64,000 nucleotides of DNA, from positions 16,988,001 through 17,052,000 of the forward strand of contig NC_043009.1 in NCBI RefSeq assembly GCF_006345805.1. Reading direction: 5' to 3'. Shown here one piece after another: positions 37,882-50,449 of the stretch (position 1 is the first letter of the stretch; each line of letters begins with the position of its first letter). Made by a program: the position numbers and the translations under genes. This DNA comes from Octopus sinensis. Lineage: Eukaryota. The notes beneath the pieces are model-generated. The model was not told the origin of the DNA and ran no database searches. It saw only the letters and a list, made by a program, of their open reading frames with translations.

Positions 37882-39483
37882 ACTAGGAAGATAGTTTTTG
37901 TATGTGGCAGATGCTCAGCAGCAATAAACAATGAAAGTGTGCAGAGAACAACTGCCGCCACATTCCAGGGAGAAAATCTAGAAGTAGTTGATAGCTTCTG
38001 TTACCTAGGTGACCAAGTCAGTAGTGGGTGTGGGTGTGCTGAAAGTGTAACTGCTAGAAAAAGAATAGCCTGGGCAAAGTTCAGAGAGCTTTTACCTCTG
38101 CTGGTAACAAAGGACCTCTCGTCCAGAGTAAAAGGCAGACTATATGACGCATGTGTATGAACAGCCATGTTACATGGCAGTGAAATATGGGCTGTGACTG
38201 CTGAGGACATGCGTAAGCTTGCAAGGAATGAAACCAGTATGCTCCAATGGATGTGTAATGTCAGTGTACATACTCGACAGAGTGTAAGTACCTTGAGAGA
38301 AAAGTTGAACCTAAGGAGCATCAGTTGTGGTGTGCAAGAGAGACATTTGCGCTGGTATGGTCATGTGGCAAGAATGGATGAAGATAGTTGTGTGAAAAAG
38401 TGCAACACCCTAGCGGTTAAGGGAACCTGTGGAAGAGATAGACCCAGGAAAACCTGGGACAAGGTGGTGAAGCACGACCTTCAAACATTAGGTCTCACCG
38501 AGGCAATGACCGAAACCTTTGGAAGTATGCTATGCATGAGAAGACCCTTCAGGACAAGTGAGACCATAACCCATGACCTTTACCAGGGATGTAGCCAGCC
38601 CACTTATGCGTTCCTTTCCTTCTTTGGACACAAAACTCTGCTTGCGAAGACCTGTTGAGGCAAGTGAAATTGAAATTGAATTCGAAATCGAACCAAATTC
38701 GATGACTGGCACCCATGCCAACCTCCCTTCATTGGACACTAAACTCTGCTTGCAAAGACCTGTTGGGGTAAGTGAAATCGAAATTGAACTAAATTCGATG
38801 ACTGGCACCCATACCAGTGGAGTGCTAACAGCTCCATCCAAGCAGGATCACTGCCAGAGCAGCTGTCTGGCTTCTGCACTGGCATGTAAAAAGCACCATT
38901 TGAGCGTGATCATTACCAGTGTCTCCTTACTGGCACTTGTGCTGGTGGCACGTGAACAAAACATTCGAGCCAGGTCATTGACAGTGCTGTTGGACTGACT
39001 CCTGTGCAGGTGGAACGTAAAAAATACCATTTTTGAGTGTGGCCGTTGCCAGTACCTATTTCTTTATTACCCACAAGGGGCTAAACACAGAGGGGACAAA
39101 CAAGGACAGACATAGGTATTAAGTCGATTACATCGACCCCAGTGCGTAACTGGTACTTAATTTATCGATCCCCGAAAGGATGAAAGGCAAAGTCAACCTC
39201 GGCGGAATTTGAACTCACAACGTAACGCAGACGAAATACCACTAAGCATTTCGCCCAGCGTGCTAACGGTTCTGCCAGCTCGCTGCAGACTGGCCCTCGT
39301 GCCAATGACATGTAAAAGCACCCACTACACTCTTGGAGTGGTTGGCGTTAGGAAGGGCATCCAGCTGTAGAAACTTTGCCAGATCAGATGGGAGCCTGGC
39401 ACAGCCATCTGATTTGCCAATCCTCAGTCAAATTGTCCAACCCATGCTAGCATGGAAAGTGGACGTTAAATGATGATGATGAT
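37882..39483 (+). mobile_element. 5'-truncated RTE-clade LINE (RT C-terminus, 3' UTR, (TGA)n tail)
   Basis: LEVVDSFCYLGDQVSSG..ARKRIAWAKFRELLPLL..MLHGSEIW..LRWYGHVARMDEDSCVKK..GRDRPRKTWDKVVKHDL. The 3' UTR has a ~100-bp tandem duplication (~38600-38810) and the tail shared with family D SINEs. Confidence 0.9.
39056..39285 (-). mobile_element. Full-length family C SINE inserted in the RTE 3' UTR
   Basis: Head gcgagctggcagaaccgttagcacgctgggcgaaatgcttag, tRNA-like B box gagttcaaattcc, core ggggatcgataaattaagtaccag, tail gtgggtaataaagaaata. Confidence 0.85.
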
Positions 39484-39942
39484 TGCAGAATGTCCCAAGT
39501 TGGATAGTTAGAGAATATAAGAAATAGAGGCATGACCAAGTTGCAAAAGTTTTATACTGGAAGCTTTGTCAGAAATGAAGATATGAAGTTGATCATCAAA
39601 CTGAAAGAGTGCTTGAGTAGGAAAAATGGGAGATTTTATGGGATTTTCCCATTCAAACAGTTAGGGAGGTAGAAAATAATAAACCAGACATAACAGTAAT
39701 AGACAAGGAAAAGTAAAATTGCTTACTAATTGATCCAGACAAATGGTTGAAGGCGATTGGAATAGAATGTCCTGTAGAGCTTCTATAGAAAGTTTGTACC
39801 TTGGGGACAGGAAAGATTATCGAAGGGTTTTTGAAAAGTTATTGAAGGCTTGTGGATAACTAAAATTAAGGTAATAACCTGCTAACCACATAAATTCTAG
39901 CAGGAATAAGAACAAACCTGAGTCAAATTGAATGATAATAAC

Positions 39943-39995
<53 letters not shown>

Positions 39996-40552
39996 GATGC
40001 CCTGATGCAGTACCAGGCAGTGGCTCTCATGGCTTCTGATCTTAACTGATTGGAAGTGTTATCATGTACATAGTTTTGTCTTGGTATAAAAGATGGGCTA
40101 CAGCAAATATTCTGCTCAATACCACAGATTTGCTTGTCAGTTGTTTGACCTTAACCAGTTGAGCATGTCCCTTAGTGGCTGACGATATGTGCATCTCTGA
40201 TCACGAGCAGAAGTAGTGGGGGAGCATCATAGCCATGTGTTGAGAAGGATTCTTTGGGGTTTGAATAATTCACCTCTGGAAACATGGGTGCTTCGTTCAA
40301 CGTCCTTAAACAACCCTTATTCAGAGACCTTTTGAGCGGGATGGGTTACTCGATCTGAATTAAATTCTAACTTGGCCCCACCTGCAAGGTCATGTGCTGT
40401 TTATCTTGATATGAGATCACCATGTCGCGCACATATGGTTGTGATGCATGTGCCTGCTGTACTCTTATCAGACGGGTAGTCATGATGGGTATACTGGGCT
40501 TCGTATATTTTACCCCAGTGTCACTTTGATGGCATGCTCTGCTCGCTCACTC
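39996..40552 (+). mobile_element. ~557-bp element inserted within an (AAT)n microsatellite, probably a Dong/R4-related 3' fragment
   Basis: Non-repetitive, relatively GC- and CpG-rich block with pure (AAT)n on both sides (39935-39995 and 40553-40588). The family assignment is inference. Confidence 0.5.
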
Positions 40553-40592
<40 letters not shown>

Positions 40593-40639
40593 GCTTTATT
40601 GGCTGAAAACAAAACAAAAAGCATGATACACAGACGAGG

Positions 40640-41900
40640 GACTGTTGAGTTAAACATGTAAACAGCAAAAAAACAACAAAAAAAATTAACAAGGAGATTA
40701 AACCAACAATATACTTCCCTAATAGGGGGGAGGGGAGTTCCACTGAGAGGCGACCAAAGGAGCTTCACACATTTTGGACCCCTAACACCAAAGGCACCTC
40801 AGGTAAGCACCCCTCTCCTCCTTATTCCATTCAGTCTACAGGTGCACACTTAGAGTAAGCCCATTCACACGAGCCATTCTTGCCACGTTTACCCAACTTT
40901 CAACAAACTTACTGGGTGATAGCACCTCCCTCTCCAGCCTCACTTTTCTTTTCAGGTGGAACCTGAAAACATCAATGAGGCCTTGGCTGAAGAGGAACAT
41001 AACTGTTTTCATCCCTTTCAATTGTGTCCACCATACAACTTCTTTTGCCATAGCCACCAAACAGAAAAAAAAACTGCCTGTCCTTCCTGGTCAAAGGAAG
41101 GAGTTGGGCCAATCTTCACAGTAGACTCAGACGATAGCCAGATCCATCCTACATGTGACAATAACTGTTCAAGAAAGCTCCACAAGTCAGAAATGTGTGG
41201 ACACTGTACGAGAGCATGCAGAACAGTTTTATCACTCCACATGCATCTCGGACAAGCCTGTCTGACTGCATACCTATGCCTATTGAGCTTATCACAAACT
41301 AGCAGAGTCCCCCGGTAGCACTACCTGGCCAGGGATTTCTGGAAATTATCCATAGGCTCCAGTCCAAAAGTCCTCCAGAAGAGACCAGAACCTCTCCAAG
41401 AACATCGTCACTCTTACCCTCCACTAATCCCCTTTAGAACTCTAAGGTGGAACTTCCACTGACTGCATTGCTCGACCTGCTGACGACTGTAAGCACTTGA
41501 AGACACTCTAGGTGCCAAGCACTCTGCCTCAGTCTATGCCTGATCCAGAACTGTTGCCTCGTCAAGGAGATGAGCTGCGGAAAAGCACATCCAGCAAACG
41601 GTGACCATATCTGCTCACCATTAAGGTATCACTGGAGATGTTGCAACCTCAGTGCATGTCTGTGCATCATCAGCCACAGCATGCCCACTCCTCCATACAA
41701 TAGATGCTAACAGCAAACGGACATTCTGACAAGCAGTTCCTGTTCCTTCCACAGGAAGCAGAAGAGCAACTGCACCAGCCTGTTAAGCCATGAAGTGGGG
41801 CAAGGGATGACAGTCAGGTGTAGTATATGATGGATGCAATGGATGCATTTGCCCCTCCATGCTATTTTACACTTGTGAACGTGTAAACATTTCACAGATA
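40640..41900 (-). mobile_element. L1/Tx1-clade LINE 3' remnant
   Basis: LVQLLFCFLWKEQ..LVRMSVC and QACPRC.WSDKTVLHALVQCPHISDLW (zf-RVT-like CCHC), with many stops. Confidence 0.7.
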
Positions 41901-42075
41901 CTAATATTTGCACAATATTAGCAAAAGGCCCAAATATTATTTAGTTCTTTTTTTTCTGGGGACAAAGACTTATGCTCCCTTTTAATCAATAATATCAACG
42001 AAGACAGTAGTTTTGATAACAAAAACACCTGTCAAGCTTCCACCGACGTTCTAGTCTTCCAACCAGAAGTACTCT

Positions 42076-42166
42076 AATAATAATAATAATGATAAAGATA
42101 ATGATAATAATAATAATAATGATAATAATAATAATAAAATTAATAATAATGATAATAATAATAATG

Positions 42167-42227
<61 letters not shown>

Positions 42228-42379
42228 TGATGATGATGATAATGATAATAATAATAATAATAATAATAATGATAATAATAATAATAAAAATAATAATAAT
42301 GATAATAATAATAATGATAATAATAATAGTAATTGTAATAATAATAATAATAATAATAATGATGATGATGATAATGATG

Positions 42380-42431
<52 letters not shown>

Positions 42432-42457
42432 TAATAATAATAGTAATTTTAATAATA

Positions 42458-42512
<55 letters not shown>

Positions 42513-42570
42513 GAAGAAGAAGAAGAAGAAGAAGAAGAAGGAGGAGGAGGAGGAGGAGGAGGATTACAAT
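42076..42570. repeat. Compound trinucleotide array AAT/GAT, then GAA, then GAG
   Basis: Seen directly; includes a ~150-bp higher-order duplication (42121 versus 42271). Confidence 0.95.
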
Positions 42571-44050
42571 AACAACTGGACTGCAAAAACATTCACTACA
42601 ATAAAAAAAATACCCACAATGGATCAGAAGAAGGAAAACTTTGAGAAATATAGACTGGCACTGCAAACACGAGCCACAATGTGTATCAAGGAACTGAGCA
42701 ATATTCTAAAAACTGCAAACAACTGGAAAGCCACCGGGATTGACAAAATGCCCAGTTTTTGGTTAAACACCTAACCAGTACTCATGAATTTCCAGTAGTA
42801 GCAACATTCAATGAACTGGTAAGTAGACCAGATTCAAAACCACAAAGGCTGCTGGAGGGGAAAATCAATATTGATTCCCCAAAACAAAAACACAAGAGAC
42901 CTCTAAAACTGTTGGCCTATAACTTGCTTGCCAACAATAAACTGTGTGTGTGACTAACTCTATTATAACAGTTCTGGTTGCAAAAGCTTGTCAATAGAGG
43001 AGCATTAACAGTATGATAATCTGTTGAAAGGAAGTGTAGTTGAGAATAGCTGCTGAAGCTGCAAATGGCTTGTGGTTAGTAAAGCTGTAAGATCAGACAA
43101 AAATGATTTGAGGTTTGATAACATTGTTTTCACTATATTTTGCTTATGAAAGAGAGAACCACTAAGGTAAATGCCCAGACTTTGGAAGGTGTGAGCTGCT
43201 GGCAAAAGCCATCAAAGTGAGAGCTAGAGTGGTGGGAGTTAGTATGGTGGACTTTGAAAAGCTAAATGTGCTCTTTTTTTTTCTAAAAGCAAATTTAATT
43301 TATGCATTCTGAAGTCCATTGTTGGATCCGTTTATTTCTTGAATAATTATAAATTCCATCACATTAGAATAAAAGAATTTGCTAGTTTGATCTGATAATA
43401 ATAAACAAATTTCCAAAAATTAATGTAGCAGTTTACTGGTGAAAATCTTTTCAAAGGAATTCTATTAGACATTAAAAGACAAAATCAAAATGAAAATTAA
43501 AATTATACAACAGAAAATAGAATAAAATCGGCTCCATGGCCAATAAGTTGCAATAGTTGTCAGAGGGAAGTGAACCAGGGTGAAAACTAACAATGGCTCG
43601 GTCTGAATTTAGCTGTGCAAAGCCAATGTCCAGCCACATGAACAAACTAATGAAACAACAATTAATAACAAGACCAAACTATAATCTCAGTGCAATGAAA
43701 TGGCTGACCATATCAATTCTGGTTGCCAAGTCCATGCAAAGTCAGATTATATCCATAGACATGATTGTGTTGGCCGAGCTTTTCCACTGGAAAATACAAC
43801 TAGACTTTGATATGTAAACTGCAAAGTGGTAGATGACAGTAATTTGGTTTTAATAAACTGGGACATACCAGTCCAGAGTAACAAAGAAGATCAAGGTGAA
43901 TTGTCCAGACATAAATTATCAAAACAGGAACAAAAATATTGTTGCATCTCAATTTTTTTCTCCTTGGAAAGGAAATCATGAAATTATCCAACAGTAAATG
44001 TACCGAAATGAAAATAAACAGTTTACAGAGTATGAAAGCAAACACAGCAA
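42560..44050 (+). mobile_element. Second R4/Dong-like remnant
   Basis: NWKA..IDKMPSFWL.HLTSTHE, PITCLPTI and GCQVHAKSDYIHRHDCVGRAFHWKI..INWDIPVQ in broken frames. It begins right after a long AAT/GAT compound repeat. Confidence 0.6.
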
Positions 44051-44664
44051 CAATAATAATAAGTGTATAATAGGTGTATAATGAAGTACATGAATAGAAA
44101 CAGAGCTAACAACTTTACACAGTCTAAAAAATAACCCTGCTAGGTTTAGTCCACAATTCAATTAAATTGCATAACTCATAATGAACACTTTCTGCTTAAC
44201 TCACACAACAAATTCATCATTATCCAGTAAAGTAACGCATCACATATTCTAACGTAATCAACATCCAATACTTTAATACCTCTCTCAAAAGTTATATTCT
44301 ATAGATTGTCACCCAATAATATAACAGAAACCACACAACCTCCATTTGAACACTAAAACAAACATACAAACTTAGACATCACACACAAACATCATCCAAC
44401 AAACTACAACTAACATTGCATATATTCTGCACAATAAAACACCAAAACACATCCAAAACCAATAAACCAAACCCAACAGGGTGCACCGGGTGATACAGAA
44501 AAACGTCACATAAAACTGTTGAAAACAAGATAGGTAATAGTAACTATTTATTAAATAGTTAATAATTTCTAACTTTGCCATATCCCAGAACATAATGAGG
44601 TATAATTAAATATTGCCAGGCATTTGGTTCAACTTTTTAATATCTCTGTTACTTCACCATCCCT

Positions 44665-44731
<67 letters not shown>

Positions 44732-44976
44732 TAATATAATAATAATAATAATAATAATAATGATATTTTCTAATCTATGCACAAGGCCCAAAATTTTGGG
44801 GGAGAGGGCCAGTCGATTAGATCGATCCCAGTACACAACTGGTACTCAATTTATTGACCCCAAAAGGATGAAAGGCAAAGTTGACCTCGGCAGAATTTGA
44901 ATTCAGACCATAAAGACAGATGAAATATTGCTAAGCATTTTACCCAGCATGCTAACGATTCTGCCAGCTCACTGCC

Positions 44977-45041
<65 letters not shown>

Positions 45042-45643
45042 TGACCCCTAAAAGGATGAAAGGCAAATCGATCTTGGTGGTAATTGAACTCAAAACACAA
45101 AGCTAGAAGAAATGCCGTGATGCATTTCATCCCGCATGCTAACAGTTCTACCAACTTCCTGCCTTAGTAGTAGTAGTAGTAGTAATGATGATGATGATGA
45201 TAATGATAACAATAATAACATTTTTCTATCCCTTTCATTACCATCAATGAAGATCAACAACAGTACGTACCTTTCAATACTATTAATGATGATAATGATT
45301 ATGTTGCCTATGATGATAGCTTTGATGATGAAGAGGACAATGATGATGATGGTGATGATGATGATGATGTGGAGGAGGAGGAGGAGGAAGAAGAGGAGAA
45401 GAGGACGACAACGATGACAACGACAACGACAATGATAACAATGAAGATGATGATGATGACAATTATAAGTGTGCCAGACTATAAAGGGCCACACCGGGGG
45501 TAGGGAATGATCACATCACCTACCCCCATAACGTAAATAGTTGCAACTCATTAATATTCCCACAATAATACTATTCTGTTTTGCTAATGATGCAGTCTCC
45601 GTCGTTAAGTTTCTGTGTAATCTGACCTCTGACAGCCTTAAAG

Positions 45644-45674
<31 letters not shown>

Positions 45675-46125
45675 TGTTGTCATTACCATCGTCGTTGCAG
45701 TTGCCAACTCTCAAGTAACCCAGAGTAGCTTACCTCAGCAAAAACTCCCACCTCATTCCTCCATCTGTTGCATAATTTCTGTGTATGTGTGTGAATGTGT
45801 GTCTGTGTGAATGTGTGTCTGTGTAACTGTGTGTGTGTGTGTATAACTGTGCATGTGTGTATGTGTGCATCTGCTTGTGCATATAGAAGTGTGAATGAAC
45901 GTCTGCATATACAGAAGCATATGTATAAATATTTATGATTATGTCATGTCTGTGTGTGTAGACACACAGACATGTGCAAATGTATTTACATGGATGTGCT
46001 TTCAGCCTGTGTTTGCATTTGTACATATGTTTTTATAAAAGTGGATACATATACAAATAATGTATGTATTAAACTACATACAATTTTGTATATATATGTG
46101 TGTATATATATATATATTATATATA

Positions 46126-46165
<40 letters not shown>

Positions 46166-46199
46166 TATATATATACATACACATACATATATACATATA

Positions 46200-46238
<39 letters not shown>

Positions 46239-46479
46239 ATGTGTATGAATAATTTCTCTCCTGCACATGGTATCTGATTCCTCTGGCATCTAGTTTCTCC
46301 TCTTAGCTCTCACTTGTGCTTTGTTGCTCATGCATACACCTCCCCACACATGGGTGTATGTATAAATACCTTTAAGTGTGTTTGTGTGTGCTGTCTGTAT
46401 GTTTATGTGTGTATACACGCGCACACACACACACACACACATATTTGTTTGCATATATATATATAGATATATATATATA

Positions 46480-46518
<39 letters not shown>

Positions 46519-46619
46519 ATGACCTACTTCTTATAGCTGAATCTGTAGACAGTTTAGAGAACAAAAATCCAGACATGGAAGCATAACCTTGAAGAAGGGA
46601 CCTCAATAAATACTTGACA

Positions 46620-47150
46620 AAGACTGAAGATGTAATAAGTCTAAAGAGACAAGACTCTGCTATTACCAGGGAGATGACTTTCCTTAATATGCAGAGAAGG
46701 AATTGGTAGGAATTTCATATATTATATTCAGTGCAAAACCATGGATACATAAGAGGTGTTGTGGGATTACAAAAGGAAGATTTTGTTTGTGGCGGACACT
46801 CTGAAATAGTTAGTAGTACATGTGAACTAAATCCCTTAAAATAGCCTGAAGGATCCCTAAAAGTGACCTCAACTTAATTAGTAGCAGAGCTGGTTGTTTT
46901 GGAAGCAAAGCATTATACAAGAAGTTCAAGGAGTTATTACCTCTGGGGATAACAAAACTGTGACAGTTCTATAAAGAAGTGTTAAGTACTAAAACTGGAT
47001 TGAACCTGTGGAGTAAGTGAGTCTTTGGAAGATATGGTTACAAGAAGGGATACTTATTCCTAAGATGCTGAGACTCAAAGGAGGTAACAAGGGCTGTGAC
47101 AATTGGTGGCATGAAAGGATGGAAAAGTACCATTATTAATGAAAAAGAGT
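46620..47150 (+). mobile_element. Old RTE-like remnant
   Basis: W.HKRCCGIT...DFVCG and ELLPL fragments homologous to the RTE at 37882. Confidence 0.4.
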
Positions 47151-47500
47151 CGTTAAATAATGATCGCAGTGGAGTCCAGAGGTTATAATATTTCTTCAGT
47201 TGACTTGACACATTATATTTTTTCCTTTTACTTGTTTCCAGTTAATAGACAATGGCCATGCTGGGACCCCACTTTGAAGAATTTTTAGTTGAATGAATTG
47301 AATCCAGCATTTATTTCTTTTCTTTTAAACCTGATACTTATTTTGTTGGTCTTTTTTGTCGAACAGCTAAGTTATGTGAATGTAAACACACCAGCACCAG
47401 GCACAAAGGCACACATACATGTGCCCCAGCATGGCCACAGCTCAAGAGCTGAAACTGGAAAAACAAAACAAAAAAACAAATACATACATACATACATATA

Positions 47501-47532
<32 letters not shown>

Positions 47533-48056
47533 GGAGATAAATAAAAATATATGCATACATACAAACATATATGTACGTACCTACATCTACATGTATATAT
47601 ACATGCATATATAAATAATTATACGGGAGTACAGGACATCACAATAAGACGTAGAAACGGAAAAAGCCAAAAAACAAAAAACAAGAAAACGGAAAACGAA
47701 AAACAAATATAGGACGAGCTACACAAGGACAAAACCCCCGTCATCAGCTGTCGCTAGAGGAGTCAGGCATGTTTCGAAGGCATAACAGAACACTAATCCA
47801 ATAGGCCTTCCTGCGAGAGAATTAAAATAAAATTCCAAGCAGCGGGGCAAAATGAGTACGAACACAAACAAGATGTAACAATAAGACTGCAAAATTAAAA
47901 TACATGTACAAAAACAAACACAAGAAGACGAACGAAAAAGCCTTTTTTCTGGCATAGACAAACGATAAAACTGCAAAAATAAAAATACATGTACAAAAAG
48001 TACAATTAGTTACAAAACGAGAAAATAACAAGAATACTATACAGGAAATCAACCAC

Positions 48057-48057
<1 letters not shown>

Positions 48058-48113
<56 letters not shown>

Positions 48114-48142
48114 GTATATATATATATGTATATATATATATG

Positions 48143-48201
<59 letters not shown>
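48058..48201. repeat. (TA)n microsatellite
   Basis: Representative tract. Similar ones occur at 186-282, 10903-11055, 11160-11218, 46085-46245, 46445-46516, 49970-50090, 52977-53075, 61030-61180 and 61880-62025. Confidence 0.95.
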
Positions 48202-48203
<2 letters not shown>

Positions 48204-49815
48204 AAGTACAGGTGAGGATATAACCCTCAGAGGGATAAAAATAGCCAAGATTAGACTGGTTGAATACCTAACAATATAGGTGCATGCATATATATTATCA
48301 TTTCCATGCTTGCATGGGTCAGATGAAATTTATTGACGCAGATGCCTTTCCTGTCACCAACACTCAACTGTTTCCAAACAAGGTAATATACTCCTAAGGC
48401 CAGGCATGCTTTACATGGAAGATTGGAAAAGAACACCCTTACTTTTTTGACAGTAATGCTCATTTTCAACCTATTTCTTTACTACCCACAAGCACTGAGA
48501 GGACAAGCAAGGACAGACAAATGAATTAAGTTGATTATATTGACCCTAGTGCGTAACTGGTACTTATTTAATCAACCCCAAAAGGATGAAAGGCAAAGTC
48601 GACCTCGGCGGAATTTGAACTTAGTGTCAAGACAAGAGGACCCTCACACATATACATACACACATATATAAGATAAGCTTCTTTCAGTTTCTACCAAATC
48701 TACTCACAAGGCTTTAATTAACTCAGGATTATAGATGTTTGCCCAAGGTGCAACTTAGGACTAAACTTGAAACTTTATGGTTGGGAAGCAAGCTTGTCAT
48801 CCACATAGCAATGCCATCATATTCTTATAAACAGATACTATCAAAGCATTGTTGTATATCTGGATGGTCTTCCTGTTGCAAACCCTTGTTTTTCAAATAA
48901 GTTTTCATTGAACCAACTCACCTTTAAAAACACAGAGCTACTGGATGATTTATTGACAGAGGAATATCAACAAACATTACCGTTTGTAGCTTATCATTTT
49001 GTTTTATACAGACACACCAAACATATGTACACATGAATACACATACACACACACACACACACTTTAATAATCTATTAATAATTAAACAAATGATTACGTT
49101 ACAAAGGATAAACTGTGAAAAGATTAATTAAACAATCTAATTCTAGCTCAGATTTACAAAATGGTATTTTAAGTTTGGAATCATTTCAAGCTTACATTCA
49201 AGTTTCAAATTAAAAGTTTAAGTTTGTTACCAAATATTGTTAAATTTAGGAGCATGTCTAGTTAAAGGAGATTAATTAAAGGAGATTATGTGCTTAAGTC
49301 ATAGATTCTTGAGGCATTACCCACAAGTTTTGGTTTTTCTGACTTTTTAATGGATTCTTTTTTCCCTTTCTTTTTATCCCTTTCATTCTTCTCTCCCTCC
49401 CTCCCATTGACTTATGATAAACGCTTCTGCTTTGTTCAGGTTCAACAAATATTTGATCTTTTCAACAGGAGACGTTGGCTCTCTTATAACATGAACTCTA
49501 ACTGAGCATACAGCTACTTGGTTTCTTTCTGTTACATTTTGGTGCTTTGACCTTTTGTTTTAATCAAGGCATGTTTCTTAAACTTTATTTATTAGCATTT
49601 ATTTATATACTCTTTTACTTGTTTCAATCATTTTGACTGTAGCCATGCTGGAGCACCACCTTTTAGTTGAACAATTTGACCTCAGGACTTAATTCTTTGT
49701 AAGACTAGTACTTATTCTATCAGTCTTTTTTTGCTGAACCACTAAGTTACAGGAACATAAACACACCAACATCAGTTGTCAAGCGATGGTGGGGGGGATA
49801 AACACAGACACACAA

Positions 49816-49866
<51 letters not shown>

Positions 49867-49966
49867 ATACAAAATTAGAAAATGGAGAAACATACTTAAA
49901 TCAATCAAACATCGGATATGTTATCCCATGGTGGGTTGAATTTTCAACCCCTATCTCATTTTATAA

Positions 49967-50037
<71 letters not shown>

Positions 50038-50090
50038 GTATGTATATATATATATGTGTATATGTATATATATATATATATATATGTATA

Positions 50091-50304
50091 TACAGTAATC
50101 CCTCACCACATTGCAGTTCCCCCATCATAGTTTATTATTTAAGCTTACAGTTTTTTTTGCATTTATGATAAAATAAATATATTCAAATTTAAAAAATAGT
50201 ATAAAAAAACATATAGTACAGTACTTTTTTTACTTTGTGAATTTTCACCTATTGTGGGAGGTTTTGGAGCATAATACCTGCAATAGTTGAGGGATTATCG
50301 TGTA
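50091..50304. mobile_element. Tigger-type MITE
   Basis: Imperfect termini TA-CAGTAATCCCTCA ... TGAGGGATTATCGTG-TA around an AT-rich core. Confidence 0.45.
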
Positions 50305-50405
50305 TATATATATACATATATGAGTGAGTGGACAAATGAAAGAAGGGCACTCAACAAATTTATTGGGAGTTACATGTATGGATCAAAACAGTTTGATTCA
50401 AACTC

Positions 50406-50449
50406 ATGGGTACTCTTGGGTTTCAAGCATGATGCTAGCCATCAGCCAC
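50406..50449 (-). ncRNA. Degenerate minimal type I hammerhead ribozyme motif in the left pseudo-LTR
   Basis: Minus strand GTGG CTGATGG CTAGCATCATGCTT GAAAC CCAAGA GTA CCCAT. Core elements occur in type I order (CUGANGA-like, GAAAC, GUA triplet), with an A9-to-G change and an imperfect stem II. Confidence 0.5.

Larger units (their letters stand above)
36230..39930 (+). mobile_element. R4/Dong-clade non-LTR element remnant (RT plus restriction-like endonuclease), split by an RTE insertion
   Basis: Degenerate frames give GDSLSPFLFVLAM, NDMGMEFGIEKC, INARAAPIIRYGVGIVDW..LERKSRKLLTMNGA, IAECPKL..RHDQVAKVLYWKLC and ILWDFPIQT..NNKPDITVID. It ends at an (AAT)n tract. Confidence 0.8.

Noticed and set aside
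47735-47790. CGAAAC...CTGATGA on the minus strand, suggesting a type II hammerhead
   Set aside because: There is no GUH triplet or stem III pairing between the two motifs, and stem II closure is wrong.
49437-49505. Plus-strand acceptor with short frame VQQIFDLFNRRRWLSYNMNSN*
   Set aside because: Short, unrecognised and with no linked exons; compatible with chance next to a pyrimidine tract.
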